Shown: one piece after another, positions 55,496 through 56,822 of the stretch
Numbering within the stretch: position 1 is the stretch's first letter
Layout: each line of letters begins with the position of its first letter
IMG/VR virus record: IMGVR_UViG_3300002307_000005
Coordinates: 1 to 56,822 of that record
Source: a virus
Lineage: Duplodnaviria; Caudoviricetes
Reading direction: 5' to 3' (one strand)
DNA: 56,822 bases
The notes under the pieces: model-generated
What the model was told of the DNA's origin: nothing
Database searches by the model: none
Seen by the model: only the letters and a program-made list of their open reading frames with translations
Program-made: the position numbers and the translations under genes

Positions 55496-56822
55496 TGAAC
55501 AAAGGTATGTACGGCATTGGGTTGCCGCCTAACTATGCAACCCGTGTGGCTCCAGCCCAATGGAACAATTCGATTCAATTCAACACACCGGGCGCTTTTT
55601 CTTTTACCGTGCCCTTTAACGTTTATCAGTTGGCATTCTTTTCTGCTGGTGCAGGCGGCGGCGGTGGTGGTGGACAGTACTGCGCCACGGGCGGCGGCGG
55701 CGGCGGTTCCGCAAAAGGCATCATTGATGTTGTGCCCGGTCAAATTATTACGGGCGTGATTGGCACTGGGGGTGCTGGAACTGCAACATCCGGTGTTACA
55801 GCAACCGCAGGAGGAACCACCTCAATTGGTGCTTTGGTTAGTTGTACGGGGGGTGGCGGAGGAAAGACCACAACAAACACTAGTTCAACTAACAATGCTG
55901 GCGGTGCTGGTGGCACAGCATCTATATCCGCAACTTTGCGCGGCTTGATTACATACACTGGCGGAAGTGGAGGCTCTAGTTCGCAAGCGAATGCAGGCGC
56001 TGTTACTGCTGGCACTGGTGGCGGCGGTATTAACGGTGCTGGTGGATCAATTTCTTGTGCATCCGCTTCAGGCGCTGTTACTGCTGGTACTGGTGGCGGC
56101 GGCTTCTTTGGTGCTGGAGGTGCAATTACATTAACCGCATCGTCCAATAGTGTTGTTACTGGCGCTACTGGTGGTGGAGGTTTTTACGGTGCTGGCGGTT
56201 TCATCTACCAAAACTACTCAGTCGTTATTTCTGCTGGTTCTGGTGGTGGTGGATATTTAGGTAATGGTGGAAATCAAAACGTGAATCAAGCAAATCATGG
56301 TGCTGGTGGTGGTGGTAGTGATTCTGCAGGTCAGAATGGTTTATATGCTGCCACTGCAACATATGCAGGTAGTGGTGGCGGCCCATTCGGTGGAAATGGC
56401 TCAAACCCTAACGGGCCATCCGGGACTGTTTTAGCGGGTAATGGTGGCGCACTTCAAACCCAATACGTCAGCAATCCAATTCTTTGGTTTTTTAATAACG
56501 TATCGGTTGTTGGTGGCGGTGGCGGAGGCACAAGTTCTGGCCAAGCAGTGCCTGCCGGAAATGGTGGGCTTGGTGGTGGCGGTGGTGGCTGCGGCGGTTC
56601 CAGTAACATAGGCAGTGGAAACGGCGGCTTTGGCGGCGGTGGCGGTGGAGGAATTAACGGAACCTTGTTTTCAGGCAATGGAGGCTGGGGTGGCGGTGGC
56701 GGTGGCAATGGCAATACGTCCGGTAATTCTTTAACCGGAAACGGCGGCTTTGGCGGTGGCGGTGGAGGGTCGGCTTATATTGGGGGAAACGGCGGTTTTG
56801 GCGGTGGCGGTGGTGGCGGCGG
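55495..56822 (+). CDS. Gly-rich tail fibre / receptor-binding protein (~464 aa, ends at 144 after wrap)
   Basis: TAATG start; MNKGMYG...FTVP..V.......GAGGGGG; open to window end; missed by ORF track because it spans the join. Confidence 0.8.
   Translation, partial: MNKGMYGIGLPPNYATRVAPAQWNNSIQFNTPGAFSFTVPFNVYQLAFFSAGAGGGGGGGQYCATGGGGGGSAKGIIDVVPGQIITGVIGTGGAGTATSGVTATAGGTTSIGALVSCTGGGGGKTTTNTSSTNNAGGAGGTASISATLRGLITYTGGSGGSSSQANAGAVTAGTGGGGINGAGGSISCASASGAVTAGTGGGGFFGAGGAITLTASSNSVVTGATGGGGFYGAGGFIYQNYSVVISAGSGGGGYLGNGGNQNVNQANHGAGGGGSDSAGQNGLYAATATYAGSGGGPFGGNGSNPNGPSGTVLAGNGGALQTQYVSNPILWFFNNVSVVGGGGGGTSSGQAVPAGNGGLGGGGGGCGGSSNIGSGNGGFGGGGGGGINGTLFSGNGGWGGGGGGNGNTSGNSLTGNGGFGGGGGGSAYIGGNGGFGGGGGGG
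56746..56822. repeat. 77-bp terminal overlap, identical to 1-77
   Basis: Exact match to window start. Confidence 0.95.

Overview
The window is an apparently complete, circularly permuted genome (~56.7 kb) of a tailed dsDNA phage; bases 1-77 are identical to 56746-56822. The gene set is podovirus-like (ejection-type proteins, no tape measure or sheath seen), and spanins imply a Gram-negative host (a freshwater betaproteobacterium is only my guess). Modules in order: lysis (GH19 endolysin, Rz with embedded Rz1); tail and ejection proteins; a leftward recombination/membrane operon; Cro-like HTH, C4-like antisense RNA, ParB-like protein, SF2 helicase and primase; a 1.5-kb RNA island (type I hammerhead ribozyme, 5 tRNAs, second C4-like RNA); HNH, RuvC-like and MazG-like genes plus many small genes; terminase, polyvalent protein, portal, GroES, scaffold, capsid, two GIY-YIG endonucleases and tail fibres. 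I see no integrase, DNA polymerase, CI repressor or ParA. Top candidate for an undescribed system: an orphan ParB-like CTPase/HTH protein and eight copies of the 17-bp palindrome GTGGAGTC(C/G)GACTCCAC. Two copies lie in-frame inside the parB-like gene; others sit at operon ends, upstream of repeated promoters and inside the capsid-gene terminator. All product calls come from motif recognition by eye, with no database searches.
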